Origin: Tubiluchus corallicola
Lineage: Eukaryota > Animalia > Priapulida
Direction: 5' to 3'
NCBI GenBank assembly: GCA_030141605.1
Contig: JAQGDQ010000073.1
Span: 186,001-250,000 of the forward strand
DNA length: 64,000 nucleotides
Under the pieces are notes generated by a model. That model searched no databases. It was given only the letters and a program-made list of their open reading frames with translations, and was not told where the DNA came from. The translations under genes were made by a program, and so were the position numbers. This document shows, piece after piece, positions 25,656-39,648 of this stretch (positions within the stretch are counted from its first letter, which is position 1; each line of letters starts with the position of its first letter).

Positions 25656-27106
25656 CAGTAAGCACCGTTTAATAGACTCGCCTTGGGACCCAATTAACCG
25701 ACAAATGTAGGACTGCTAGTACAGAAGTATGAATCATCAGCTTAGTATGTACTGCAAAGGCTTTAATAAATTTTAGAGACGATGAAAATTCTTGCAGTTA
25801 TTTAAGAATGTTAATCGAAAAAGTGAATAATGTGTCCTTTTTTAAATCACACGTCTATTTCCTTACAAAAATTAGTTCATGGTCGGCTGCTTCATTTTTT
25901 GTGAAAAAGTTGGTCACAAAGTTCTCATAACGATCAAAACATTAAAAATCTGTTGCTGTATGAAGCACAAATTCTCATAAAATAGTTAGCGCTTGACGTA
26001 ATTAAATTGCAATTGGTGGTGTTTCGTTTTAAGCTTGCATCCCATTTCATTAACCGTTCATTAAACACAGCTGTCATCCAAGCGTTAGAGTTTGTATGGT
26101 AATCTACCAGCAACCTTGCAACACTACTATACCTGCATCCTTGGCATAACAGCCTCAGCTGACTGATTAAACGTTCTGCGAAAAGCAGCAATAGTTTCAA
26201 AAGCAAACACTACGCAAGTGATTGAATGTTTAGATTCCAGAAATTCTTGTGTAACAAGGTTAATTACAGTGAGTCAAAGATAATACCCATCTAGCATATT
26301 AATGTTCCTGCTTACAAACAAAACGGTACTTAGCACGAGTATTTTTACATATATTAGAGCACAGAAGTGAACTAAGATGCAGTGGCGGTACTGTGGTACT
26401 GCAGCACCCCCTTTTTTCAGTCATTATTATCGATAATATTCAACATGTCTTTTTTCTTTACTTCTTTCTTTATACTTGTATGGAACCAGAGCACGTGAAG
26501 GTAGTACTGTTTGCTTCACAGCCCAGTGCTGTGTGTTTACAGCTCAAACTATGTGGTGTTTGGCTGTTGGGTGCATGCGGCCATGTGCATATCTGAGATA
26601 ACACGCTGTACTTTAGGTAGAAAGAGCACTGTCGCTCACTGCAGCATCTGTTGTAAGTTGTCACGTGTTTAAAAACTGTGTATCGGCATATTCTTGAACT
26701 GCGACAATTTAGGCTGTTTGTAAGAAAACGATATTTTTGTTTAGGAGTTTATTAAAGTGATGTTTAAATTAGTTTGTTTGTTTAAAATTACAATTACAAC
26801 ATTATAATTACAAATGTTTGTTTCGTTTTGCACAGTAAAAAAAATTAATTTTGCAGCACCCCTACTAATTTCAGCTGCGAGCCGCCACTGCTAAGAAGAC
26901 AAAAAGTCATAAAAGCTTATTGGTCAAACAAAAGTGTCTTATTGAAACATGTGAAGCAAATATATTGAGTCAATTAAGCGGAGTTATTTGAGTCTATTAT
27001 CGGCAGTTTTTATATACATTTGAATATAAGTGGCCAGTAGCAGGTGTTTTTGAGTTAATTAGGGTACCAATTCTATTAACGTGAGTCTAATACATGGCAC
27101 CTACTG
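25656..27106 (-). mobile_element. Tigger/pogo deletion derivative with DDE transposase remnant
   Basis: TA|CAGTAAGCACCGTTTAATAGACTC ... GAGTCTAATACATGGCACCTACTG|TA diverged TIRs. The internal remnant VDYHTNSNAWMTAVFNERLMKWD matches the DDE_1 'N..AWMT...F..W' motif. Confidence 0.8.
26380..26890. mobile_element. hAT-type MITE nested inside the Tigger element, 511 bp
   Basis: TIRs CAGTGGCGG/CCGCCACTG and an 8-bp TSD CTAAGATG/CTAAGAAG (one mismatch). TGCAGCACCCC subterminal motif near both ends. Confidence 0.85.
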
Positions 27107-27346
27107 TAATTTCAACTCAGATGACAGACGTTGCTGATTTTTGAGGTATATCACATTCTCGTACTAAGAATTACATTGACCCTTATCAAATCTCATTACT
27201 ACACTTGGGGTATGTAACACTGTATGGGGTATGGCACTGTGATATGGACACTGCTATCGGTGCACATTAATTTGCATTAGCAATACTCTCACCATCATCC
27301 AAATATTCTACAGTTTCGTTAGTACACAACCATGTCGCAGATTTAG

Positions 27347-30300
27347 TTAAAACTTTAATTTCTCGTATTCTCTGATCACATATTCACATTTTTCAACCGC
27401 TAATCGCATATCCTCATAACTCAAATCATAATGCGTAACAGCACGACAAATCTCTGGTGTCCACGGTGCAACTATGACTTTCGAGGCATCATCTTTCAGT
27501 TCATCTAGTTCTTCTTGGGTAACCTTCAAATCAAAAATATCATGTGAAACAATAATACTACAGTCGAATCCTGGTAATACGATTTACAAGGGACCGTATT
27601 AGATGTGTTTCATACTATCCTTTACTCGTATTTTTGCTAACTCATAATACGTTATTTCTAATTTAAAATAGCAAATAACTGATACCTGTAGTCTCTACAT
27701 TGGTTTTCTTTTCATTAGTGAACATAATTTAAGATTGATTAACCCCAATTGTCCCCAAAGAACAAATTGTTATATCAACATGCTGTCAGTCAGTCTAGAA
27801 GCAGGCCTGTAAGCGAGAAAGTTAGTGGTGCCAGAGAGTCTGCGGTGTGTTACTTTTTGCTGCTGATCAAAACTAAATTGAATTGAAGATTTTCGTGCTG
27901 AACGAAGATTATTTCATTCAGTGCATCAAAGCTTTTGCTAAATTATTGATCTTCTGATGTCTGTATAATGACCGTGAAGCCTGGTTAGACGATCCGATTT
28001 TGTTGGCCAACCATTGAATATTTCTGAAGTGTATGCCTTACCGTCGTCAGAGTGCAACAGCAAAAACTGCAGTGTACAGACAGTATGTATAATATCCCAA
28101 ATCAAATTTTACACTGTATGGTTGTGGGCTAGCAGATTTTTATTACTGCTGTGTGACACTTTTTAGTGCTTGCACTCACTCCTTTAATCATAGGTACAGG
28201 TGTTACACCCCTTTCATACCTGTTTTATTTAACAAATGTACTGATGTGATGATAACTACATAATACAGGAATCTATCAAAGAGAAAAAGAGAGACGATAA
28301 GGCAATAAAAAAGAGTTGAAAAGGAGGAGACAGTCTCACAGAAATTCCCCACGGAAAAGAAAGGGAGCTGGACAAAGTACTTTAAATAACTAAATGACTA
28401 AATGCTTTAGTACAGCATAATACTAAACCACCAATTAACCAATTGACTGACTAACCAATGATCTAAACAAACAAGCAAGCAAAAATAAATTATAAGGAAA
28501 AAGTTTAATTAGTGAGTAGAAGGGTGAGAAAGCAGACACTTGAACAGGTGAGCAAGAATTCTGCTTAGAGCATTTGCCAAGAGAAGCCAATCAGCTGGTG
28601 AAAGGTGAAGCCATTTAGCTGGTGAAAAGTGAAGTCATTCAGCTGGTGAAAAGTGAAGCCAGTCAGCTGGTGAAAAGTGGAGCCAATCATGAAATTCAGC
28701 ATATAAACTGCTCCTTGTTCCATTCATGTGCATTATGGTTTCGTTTAGCTCACCTCACGGAGTCTCTGGGTTAACATTTCTGCTGAAACACCTTTCTTCA
28801 ATATGTTTATCATGACTATGTTTGACTCAACAACATTTGCTTCAACAGTAAAAACAGAGTTCTTGATTGCTGCTATGCCTGAAAATAACCAGTAAAATTT
28901 TGTTATATGGGTACGAAAAAATTTAATGGTAATCTTTTTCACCCAGCTGAAAGATGTTTATAGTGTTGTTGTCAAACAAGGTAAAATGCAAATGAATGCA
29001 GCTATTAACCCATCATGTTATACTACATAAGCGAGTACTCGCAGTGAATCATACCACATGGTCCTGCTCAGATTGCAGTAAATCAATGTCACAAATATTT
29101 GCTTTTATTTACAGTCGTAGCCATTTTTTACAAAGTACCATACTAGTGAACAAAATGACAGTGTTCACTAAACTCCAAACATTGTAATTTAAACAAAACA
29201 TTAATAATAATATTAACATTAAAACAAAACTTGATTAATCAGTCATTAAGAGAAACTTAATATTTTAACAGCGGGAACAGATTGGAGGGCAAAATTATTT
29301 GTCAATTGGAACACACAATTGAGATTTAAGTTTTAGGTAATTTCAAATCTTAGTGAAAAATCGAGTTTAGGCAAGCCGCATAAATATTATAAATATACAT
29401 GTCAATAAAGATTTATCATGACCATCGCTATTAAGTCCCAATCTATAAAACGGAAAGGGTATCACTTACATTAGATAACAGCTGAAGATACTTTAAAAAG
29501 CAAAATGAAAGCAGTAATTTTTTTCTGCTTCTGTAAGATTTCTAAAACAATCCTTTGCCTTTGAAAGATATTAATTTACAATATCACATAATTCATCTAT
29601 ACAGAAACACTAGTTTTCTTCACGAATATCGCAGTCTGAAATTAATTTTTGTCATAAAAAAACGGAAAAGCCACCTTTAGCAAATATCTGTGCAGCTTCA
29701 TGATCATGCTCCATTCTAACCATTGCTTCACTCAAAGCCACCAATCCGGCTGCAGCTAACACACCAGGCTGACGCATACCACCACCTAGAACCTTCCGAT
29801 GACGAATTGCTCTAACAAAATGATAAAAAATTTAATCAAAAACTTAAAGGAAAAAATAATGAAAATTACTTAAAAGGTCTCCAAAAACAGGGTTTTATTT
29901 TGCTTGTTACTTCAAAATGCATCGAAAAGTTATAACTTTGAGGTAAACAACAACTATGATAAATAGCTACAGTAGTTCCACATAGATGGCAGTTTGATAA
30001 CGAAAACAAGTAACCAGGAAAATAAGCAAAAGCACTTGTTAACATGAATCAAGCATAAGCCTTCCCTTTCAACTGGGGGCCAGTGTATTGCAATGACAGA
30101 GCATCATCTTGCTGACATTAGTTTTCCATATAGTGAAAGATGTACCATTAGAGCTTAGTTTGAAAAGCAAAATATTTTAAAAGCAGATAAAATATGAAAA
30201 TATGTACTGTAAATGAATCATCTGAAAGTAGCATGGTAATGTACTGCCATTGCAACACTGTGAAAAGATTAAAACACTTTCGTAAAGACGAATTTGGCTT

Positions 30301-33300
30301 TACAACAATAAATGTTTTTAGTTTTTCAACTGCAATTGTCAAATAAACATTATGCGCTGATTTACAAAAAGAACATTGGTACAAAAAGAAACTTCCACAA
30401 AAATCTTTAAATGAATAAAACACACCTTTGTATGAAATCCCCTGATCCAGCCATTAAAGAACCAATAGGAGCTCCAAGACCCTAACATAAAACATTATAA
30501 GAAATTCACACAAATAGGCAAATTGGCAGTGGTGATGCTATTAACAATAACAACAACAACAAACAATAATAGTAACAACAGCAACAACAACAACAATAGC
30601 AACAACAGCCACAACAACAACAAACAAGAAGTTACGAGAAAACGTTCAGTAAACTTGAGAATTAAACAATAATGGTAAAACAAAATGATCATCTTAGATT
30701 AGATTAGATTAGAGTTTACATACCACATTCTTCATTACACAATTTCACAGACTAAAATATGTATTATTAATAAAAATACCATTATTTGTACACTAACAAA
30801 ATCATACGAATAAACTCACAAATTAGAGAAATGTAGAAGTGAAAAAACTTCAATAACTTTTAAAAAACACAATCAATTAATTACCTTGGAAAGACACAAA
30901 CAGATAGAATCGCATGACCTCACAATATCTGCAGGTGAATCTCCACTAGCATAAGCAGCATTCATTAGTCTAGCACCATCCATATGTAAAATGAGGTTAT
31001 GTTGTTTACATATTGCACCAACCTACAACCAAAATTTAAAAAAGAAAAAATACAATGTGACCATTGTTGGTACAATACTGTTCAATAACACCAATCCGAG
31101 AACCTTGTAAGAAAAAGGAAAGGATTGGCAAAATGCCATTGTCACACACATTTAAGTCAAACCAATTATTTCCAAGCATAGCTCTGCTCCTCTACCAGGT
31201 GAGTTTATTTGCTGGCACTTTTTTAGGAATTAAAACTTATGGAACAGCATTTTGAAAGAAATTAAATTAGACAGCTTTTCGACTCAAAGAGCATTTTACA
31301 TTTTCTGACTTCAATTGTTCTTGGAGACTGAGGAAAATGCATAAATTGTACTTGGTTAGGAACGCCCGTCGTAGACACTATAGTAAATAATTCAAGATAA
31401 ATTACTGTTGATAGCAATTTCTACACCTAGTGATAGTACATTACAAAGGTGGTAGACTTTGAAAAACTTCTTTAGTAGTTAAATATGACTGGGTTCTTTG
31501 TAATTCAAAAAGTGTGTTTAAGGTTTAAAACAGTTGGTGATAACTCCCCAAGACATATAAAGAACCTCCAATAATTTACTATCAACATACAAAACAATGC
31601 TAAATATGCTATTTTCAGAATACAGTATGACTGCTGAAATTGTAATAGTTTTATAATTTTCTTAGAGTGCTTTTACAATCATAAATCGTAAAAAGTTTTC
31701 ACAATATATAATTGTATGAATATGAATTCTGCCATGAAACTAGGATTTAAAAAGATTAACTTTTGACTTTGATCCTGTTAATTAAAAGCTTTCCTAATAA
31801 TGCTATCTTGTTTCTCAAAGTCAAAAGCATTTTACTTTGACGCTGTATAAAAATGTTTACATATGTGGATAAAAGTATGATGAAATCTTAGAACTACTGA
31901 AAGTTATCAACAACAGAACTTTATCAAAACTAAGTCTCCATAATTTACCTCATCGATAAAAGACCGAGGAACAACTCTGCCACCCATAGCATTGTGAGTG
32001 TTCTCTAAAGCCACCATGCGGGTTAAAGGCTGATGCACATCATCCAATGGACGAATCTTTCTTGTCATTTCATCTAAGCTCCAAGTGCCGTCTTTATGAT
32101 TTCTCACGGGCATTGGATGAACACCAGCTACCTGGCATGGAAAAAACATAAACAAACAAAGCAAATCGAAAAACTTTACTTGACATTTCCAGTCACTGTT
32201 GAAAGATTCATGAATAAACAAAGTTGCACAAAAGTAGAATTTTTAAGCCCTTGGGTCTTAGAACAATATCACGCAATTCACATCAATTTTAAAAATACAA
32301 TGACCATTTTCTCAGCAAATAGAGATATAGGAAGAAATGTCAGTTCGAGCACTGACGAATGAGAAATGCAGCAATTACTTATTAAAAATGTGAACATCTT
32401 AGTGACCGTGTGGAGAATTAGACATTAGGATTTCTTGCAAAAGTAATTGACAGCATACCTGAGCTATTCCACCTTGTTCAAACAAGAAGAGGTGTGACTG
32501 GTCACCAAGAATGATTTCTTCACCACGGTTAGCACAGTGTGCCATCACTGAAGCAGACATACAACAATGTGATAATACTGAAACAGACACCAATGTGATG
32601 TGATTGTAACAGAATGAAATAAACATAGAGAAAAGGAGAATGATTTATTGAAACAGAATTAAGCAGATCATAGTATAATGTAAATAGAGTATGAAAGCAA
32701 AAGAAATTTGAATAAAATAGAACATGTAACACAAATGCGAACATGTACGTGAATGGCTAAACATGCAGAAAAAAGGGTAAAGTGGTATAAATAGATGGAC
32801 AATAAGGAATTATCGAACCTGGAGAAGAATGAAATGAAGGAAAAGAAACAAAAGGAAGTAACAATTGTGAAAGAGATGTAAGACTCTTTAATAAAGTGTA
32901 AGGTACACAACAATGTGATGCAGTTATTGTAAAAGAATATAATTAATTGATGTCAAAAAATGTTATAAATGAAACACAATTATATGAACAAAGGTAAAAG
33001 TGTTAAAGTAACTATCAAAAGTGGTAAATAATGTGACTAAAGTGTGACAGGGAATTCACTAAAACTTTTATGTAAAAGAATTATTTGCAGACCCAATTCA
33101 TTGTTTATTTTGATATAAATTAAATCTTTTTTTAGAAATTCTCCCTTTCTTGAAGTTTTCCACAAAAATGATAAAATACAGGCAGCACTAAATATTTCCA
33201 ACATTAATGTTCAGATATAATTGCACTTTATTCAGATTTTTACCCTTGAAAAAAAGTTTTTCTCTTCGCAGCACATTATATGACCAGGAAAAAATAAAAT

Positions 33301-35840
33301 AATTGGTAGTAACTTTAAAATGAGTAAAAAACTGCTGCATGAGATAATAAACTGATACAAACAAACAATTATAAAATATTTTTGATAAATGCAAAAATGA
33401 GAGAAAAATAAAAGGTAAGAAAATTAGAAGAGATCATGGCCAGTTTGTAAGACAGCTATCAAAATTGTTGTAACGAAAAAAGTATAGAATACTGGCTTTT
33501 TAAAAACTTTAATACATACAAAATAGGGTGAATGTAAAAAAAATGAATGTAAAAAACGAATGGGAATACATCTCTCAAATATCAAATATCACTTAAACTG
33601 CAAGAAAAACAATTAGTATGCACTCTTACTATTGATTTTGGGTTGTGTTCTCGGTGAGGTGACTGCTTATCCAAGCTCCTGCAGCTAAGATGTTAAATAA
33701 GAGCAAAATTTTATAGCAACCAATAAATTTAGTGTATAATTTATTAAATGTGCAGTTATTAGTGTCTTGTGACATTTTGTAGCTATTTTTCATCTTGCAG
33801 TCAGCAAAACAGAAAGTTACAGTAGTACAAGCCACATTTATTGACGTTCCTGAATGTCTGTCTAATGACCTTTATATGACCTTGTGATCATGATCGGTGG
33901 TTATTTGCATTAACCTTACTTTTTGATACATTACAATGACATAATTATATCACATAAACCAAAGATTTACATATTTACATGGTTGACCTTGACCTCAAGG
34001 TTGACACCATCAACCAGTTCCTCTTTGCAACACTGTATCTGTAATACTTTTTTTTGGGAGAATGGAAGAATTTTGAGTAATTTATCAATTTGCGCCTCTA
34101 TTTTATATAATTCAGTCACATCGCTTACAAGAGAGCCAAGTTCTTGCATTTTCACGTAATTCAGCCTGATATGTTTGACTCAAAGGCATAAATTTTCATG
34201 TTAAGACATCAATTCAAGTGTTGTCTTACTAAAAACTTGAAATTTGGTAAAAAAACAATAACTTTGGCTCACAAAACAAAACAAAAAAATTATCTTGACC
34301 TAATATCTGATGGTCATGTTTCGCATACCAGTAATGCTTTCAAATACAATCTATACTATGTCAATTTTTTGTATACAGTTAATAAAATGTGAAATGAAAA
34401 TACCAATTTAAAAGATTTAGCAAACACATACTGAATACCATCAATTACTACCATTCCAAAAAAATGTACAAGTAAATGTATAAGTACATGAGACAAAATG
34501 TACAAGTAAATGTATAAGTACATGAGACAAAATGTACAAGCAAATGTATAAGTACATGAGACAATGTTTTATAAACTATAGTGGGTTGCTATTAATATCT
34601 TCATGACATTACTGTAGTAAGAGATAAGCATTGAAGTAGGGGCTTAATTTATGTTTACTAAACAGGTTTACATAAGTCCTGTCACACTGTCTTCTTTACA
34701 CACTTTCATGGTTACTTGACATGACCTTGACAGTTCATAGAAATATTAGACAGCTGAAGGCAACACAAATATTTAAATATTAGTGCTCGCTAAAATTGCA
34801 TGATTCAACAACCAAACAAGGACGTCAAACAAAAAATTTGAAGTATACAATCCAAGGAAACAGAAGCAGGTTCAATTCAGAAAAGCAGCCTCTCGTGTAA
34901 GTACAGCAGCAGCTACTCCAGACATTAAAAACACTAAACATCACCATAATGTAAATGGGGTGAAAAGGTTTACAAATAAAAACTCTAGGAAAGTTATTTC
35001 ACTAACTCCCTTAGTAAAGTCAAATAGATGCAAAGCAGTATTACTGTATAAAAAATTTGAAATTTAAAGCATCACTCATGATATCTAAAGCAGTAAAAGA
35101 ACGTACTTATAACTCACCAGAAAGTAAATTACCCATAGTTCCACTAGGCACAAACAGTGCTGCCTCTTTTCCCACCATTTCAGCCATCTGAGCTTCCAAT
35201 TCTGCATTTAAAAAAACAATAAGTGTGGCACCAAAAATCAGTTTAATATGTCATGAGTCATCAAAGTAAATGATGGAAAAAAGATCCTGTTGATGAGAAG
35301 TTATTATTACTTTAAGTGATGGATAGCACATCTGGGGCAAGCAAGAAACTTACGAAAATGCAAAATAGTAATGTCATACTGACACATCCCTCAATCAGAT
35401 CTAGGGCCTATGAAGCTCATTCCAATACGAAAGAAGATGTGGGGTATAATTATGTTGTGTTCATTTTCTTAACCATACCTTTAGAAATAAGATAAACAAA
35501 GGTCTTTCTGAAAGTGCCCTGGCTACAACTTACTAAATATTGTAGGGTCTTCTCGAAACACATCATCCCCAACAATTGCATTTGCCATTGCTTGCCGCAT
35601 AGCAGAATTAGGCTTCGTTAAAACATCACTTCTCATATCTATGACCCGCACGCTTTTGCTGATGTCATCTTCCACGCTGCTTTCTCCTTTAACTGCATGG
35701 CAGTAACAGCGATGATTGTTATGTCTGATATCAGCAGGATATCCTAAAAGCTGACTGTCTACAGCGGTATAGCCGGCAATGCCTCGGACGCAGGCACGAA
35801 GTTTGTCAAGATGATGGCAACAAACACGTATTGAGCGCAT
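27347..35840 (-). CDS. THA1: Low-specificity L-threonine aldolase (PLP-dependent, Tha1/GLY1/LtaE family), 9 coding exons, 431 aa
   Basis: Exons 35840-35534, 35201-35118, 32547-32459, 32131-31949, 31022-30885, 30481-30426, 29811-29675, 28878-28754 and 27523-27347 total 1296 nt in one open frame. Motifs: [51 protein letters not shown] (PLP lysine), [11 protein letters not shown] 5' UTR acceptor lies at 35887, with a candidate non-coding exon donor at 38205. Confidence 0.96.
28583..28690. repeat. 24-bp minisatellite, about 4.3 copies
   Basis: Unit GAAGCCA(A/T/G)TCAGCTGGTGAAA(A/G)GT. Confidence 0.9.
30542..30628. repeat. Imperfect (AAC)n microsatellite
   Basis: Run of AAC/AAT/AGC triplets in an aldolase intron. 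Confidence 0.9.
34461..34562. repeat. 34-bp tandem repeat, 3 copies
   Basis: AAAATGTACAAGTAAATGTATAAGTACATGAGAC x3 with a single mismatch. Confidence 0.95.
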
Positions 35841-36040
35841 AGTCTCAGTATCACAGCTTCACCAGATAAGTACATAAAAATATTCCCTGCAAAAAAAAAA
35901 CAAAGTGCAATTTAAGAAGTGAATAGAGCACTGAGTTAGCTTAACTACTATAGTGACTCTCCCATTTAACAGACTAGTCAATCTATCATGTACCAATTTC
36001 ATCTAAACGAGCATACTCACGTACCTCTCACACAAACAAT

Positions 36041-36676
36041 TAGGCCTGTAATGATACAGCGATGCATTGTGATACCTTTTGTAATGACACGTGTATTGTC
36101 AAAATGCACCAGTATTGCAATAATGTGAATCATTGATATTTAGCGCAAGCTAGACTGTCCACTGATAAAAACAGAGTGAAATAATTCAAATTACAGCTGT
36201 AACGTAACAACCAGTGCAGTGAGTGTTGCATATAAAGGCAGCTTGACTTTGACACAGGCAGACCTCCTGGAAGCAGCCAGCCAAAGCGAAGTGGTTGAAA
36301 GCGCAATGTGTTTATAATAATGTATGGTAAGTTAGTTGCATTTTTGCTTATAAGTTTCTGAAATGGCTTGCAGCAAATATGAACTAGAAAATGCACCAAC
36401 ACATTTTAAATCAAAAAATATTGAAATGCACTTCTGGTGGCTTACAATGCAAATAATATAAGAATATAAACAGAAATCAAACAGTTTGCTGAATTATTTT
36501 AGCACTTACCAATTTTAAAATTGATTGATAAATCTAATATATATTATACATATAATATACCAATAGCTTAATTTAGTTTTTTTTATTAAAACCTGCAAAC
36601 GTTAACTCAATGTGTATCATGATACGTATCGTATCGTGAGGTTAGTATCGTGACTAGGTGTATCGTTACAGCCTTA
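36041..36676. mobile_element. hAT-type MITE, copy 2, 636 bp
   Basis: TIRs TAGGCCTGTAATGATAC / GTATCGTTACAGCCTTA and a perfect 8-bp TSD CAAACAAT (36033-36040, 36677-36684). Confidence 0.9.
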
Positions 36677-36985
36677 CAAACAATGCACCAATCAACAATG
36701 CATATGTGCACACAATTACAAACAATAAAATAATTTAATAAAAAAATTCAAGAAAGATGTTTATGGAACAACTTGACAAACAAACTACCATGCGACGAAT
36801 ACGAAAATTTTTGTTAGTGATTAAAAATATAGCATATGTATGTATTTGTTTTCAAAAAAACAAATCAAAGTTTCTTATATAACATAATCCACATTCAACT
36901 ACGAATTACTTTCACTTAAACCCAAATCTCAGCTAATCAGCATGGAGATAATATTTAAATCAGAGTAAAAGCATTTATTCAAGTA

Positions 36986-37518
36986 CAGTGGAACCTCGAC
37001 TTACAAAAACCCTATTATACGTATCGGGCTTCGAAGAAATTTCCGTACCATTTAACGAAATATTCAAGATACAAAAACGAAAATCGAAAGTGCCACCTGA
37101 CAGCGGTCCTCCCAGAATGCATTTCGTAGCATCACGTGAATGCTTTGTTGTGTTCTTATCTCACGTGAACGCATTCAATAACCATGGGTCCGAAAAAAGC
37201 AAGTGCCAGTGGCGGTGACAAGAAGAAAAGGATGATGTCGATGGAAACAAAGCGAAAACTATAGCTAAATATGAAAGTGGCATGCGTTTATGTGCTATTA
37301 CAAGGGAGTATGAGCGAAGCCCTTCGACGATCGTTCATTAACGAACATACTTCTTTCGAGTGGGTACAATATTTACACTTTATATAAATAGGACTGTTTG
37401 GGGGGGGGGGCTGGAATGAATTACGCCATTTATAGGGTAAATCATCTCATTATACGGAAATTCTAAGATACGAAAGCCCCTCCGGAACAAATTAATTTTG
37501 TATCTCCAGGTATCACTG
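36986..37518 (+). mobile_element. Tigger-type internal-deletion derivative, 533 bp
   Basis: TA|CAGTGGAACCTCGA ... TCTCCAGGTATCACTG|TA. Retains a frameshifted transposase N-terminus, MGPKKASASGGDKKKRMMSMETK..IAKYESGMRL...YERSPSTI (psq/CENP-B-like HTH). Confidence 0.88.
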
Positions 37519-39648
37519 TAATTAATATAGAACGGGACATCAGATTTTGTTCATTGTATTCATTACAATCCCTACTATGTTTATTATGTTTAACTTCATT
37601 TTCTTTTCTGTAATTATTAATGGTGTTTACTCAGGCAAGATAAAGTTCTCAAGGGTAATATGAGGTATGTAAACATCCATCTAACATCTGTTCGGTCAAT
37701 TTGGCAGTCTTGGTGGACCATAGACATTGATCATTACAATGTTTTAAAAACATAACAAAACCGACCTAATAAATTGCTCAGCCACTAGTGTGTAGGCAAT
37801 GATGTTGCACTTATAAAGCTAACTAAAATTTAGTGTAAGAATTCTCTGCCATTACATATGTGACCTATAATTTGTCAACAGTTTGCACCATGGTGGTAGT
37901 TTGAGAACTTGACACAATTTGTTTGGGAATTTATAAATTCGACCTTGTGTTTGGCCGAGACCATAGTATAGAATTTATAGTATACTTAATACGCGAGTCA
38001 CAGTAACCAATCGCTGAATCAATGGCAAAAGAAATATTTACTTTGGATTAGCATTTATAATTTATTCATGTCTAAGCTGTCGATCTAGCCATTAATTATA
38101 TTTTATCACCAAGTTGAAACTCTTAGTATTGTGTTGTACAGATTTATAAATCATTTAGTTATGTATTTATTTTAAAAATGGTGATAAATTAATAAACTTA
38201 CTTACTTAGCGAGCTTGCAGCACGTTTATTTAAATTTCGCACAATATTTCAGGGTTATACTTACTGATTTTACTATAAAATTACTAATTTGCACTCACAA
38301 TCATCAATAATTATTATGCAACTTTATAAAGCTTATGGCACACATATTAACTATCAATAACACGATGCAACCTTAACATTTTACAACTGGTAGAAGCTGA
38401 CATTTGTTTTGAATATCAAAAACATGCAAACGCACCGTTTAAGAGTTCATTTGCATTTTATTCGCGTTGCTTTATTGCAGACATAGACTAACTTGAATAA
38501 GAATACATAAATACCCTACTAATAGAAACAGCCGGGTTTATCAATTGTTAACAGTAATTAATTACAATTATTACATGTTAATTGTAGTAACAGACTGTGA
38601 ATTGAAAATCATTTTTTTAGTTTATAATTATGTTCAGCTTAATAGTACGGCAAGTTTTTTTTCACGAAAACCTCTCAGGGACATTACACTTTAAGCACCA
38701 GAAAACATTCTTCATAAACAAAGCGTAAAACATTTGTCTTGAAATTTTACATCACTTACATGCTGTCTTATTTCGCACAGAAGCAGCAACTCTGTATAAA
38801 ACTTGTAAATTTAAACTCCCGCGATTTTGAGGATGTCCTTTCAAATAAGTTTACATAACATTGCGTAATGTTTGCAAAAATTATCAGAGCATCTGTAGCG
38901 CATTCTTCAACAACTAAGAGAAAGCTAAATTACTTTACATGGCCAATAACAACGATGTGTTTTTTGGTGAGTGGTGCAAACTGGGATGGTGATACACAGC
39001 TGTTTTACCAGGTGGTGCGAATCTTTTAAATTAATTCTCTTTTTTAAGTACATAAGTATTTCAAACAGGTAAGCGTAATGCAAAGTAATATAACTTTGCA
39101 TGGGAAGTTTTTTGGGACGTACTATAAAATAGCCTTTTCTTCCCCTTTGAAAAGATGTTTATTAGCCTATATAGGTGAAGATATAGTTTCACAGTTCAAT
39201 GGACTACAAACTTATAATATTATTACCAAATTATTCTTCACGATTATTCTTCAGGAAAAACAATAAAACCATTCCTATAATTCTTAATGACATTGGTTTT
39301 ATTTACAAATGAATATGTGAACTGCATTCTTAATCATGATCAGAAACTATTGATGCAAACCATTTCAGTTACAATAATAATTTGCATGTAAAGCACATAC
39401 AGGAATGCTACTAACCAACAGTAGTGATGACCATCGAATTTTTGAATTTGATACCAAGTTTTTTAAATTCAAATTCGATTCAAACAAAATTATAAATTCG
39501 GATTTATAGTTTACAATTGCAGCAATTTTACAACATTTTCATTAGGGAAATCAAAAATAAATATTTGGAAATGCACCAGGCGGAATGCAAGAACTTGAAA
39601 ACTATATTTTCAGGCACATTATTATATAAAAAAATCTGTAAAGGTATG

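Noticed and set aside
27560-27620. Another pogo-type element starting TA|CAGTCGAATCC
   Set aside because: No matching right TIR was found, so it is at most a solo end.
28583-34562. 24-bp and 34-bp repeats as CRISPR-like arrays
   Set aside because: The units are directly adjacent with no unique spacers, lie in eukaryotic introns, and have no cas genes nearby.
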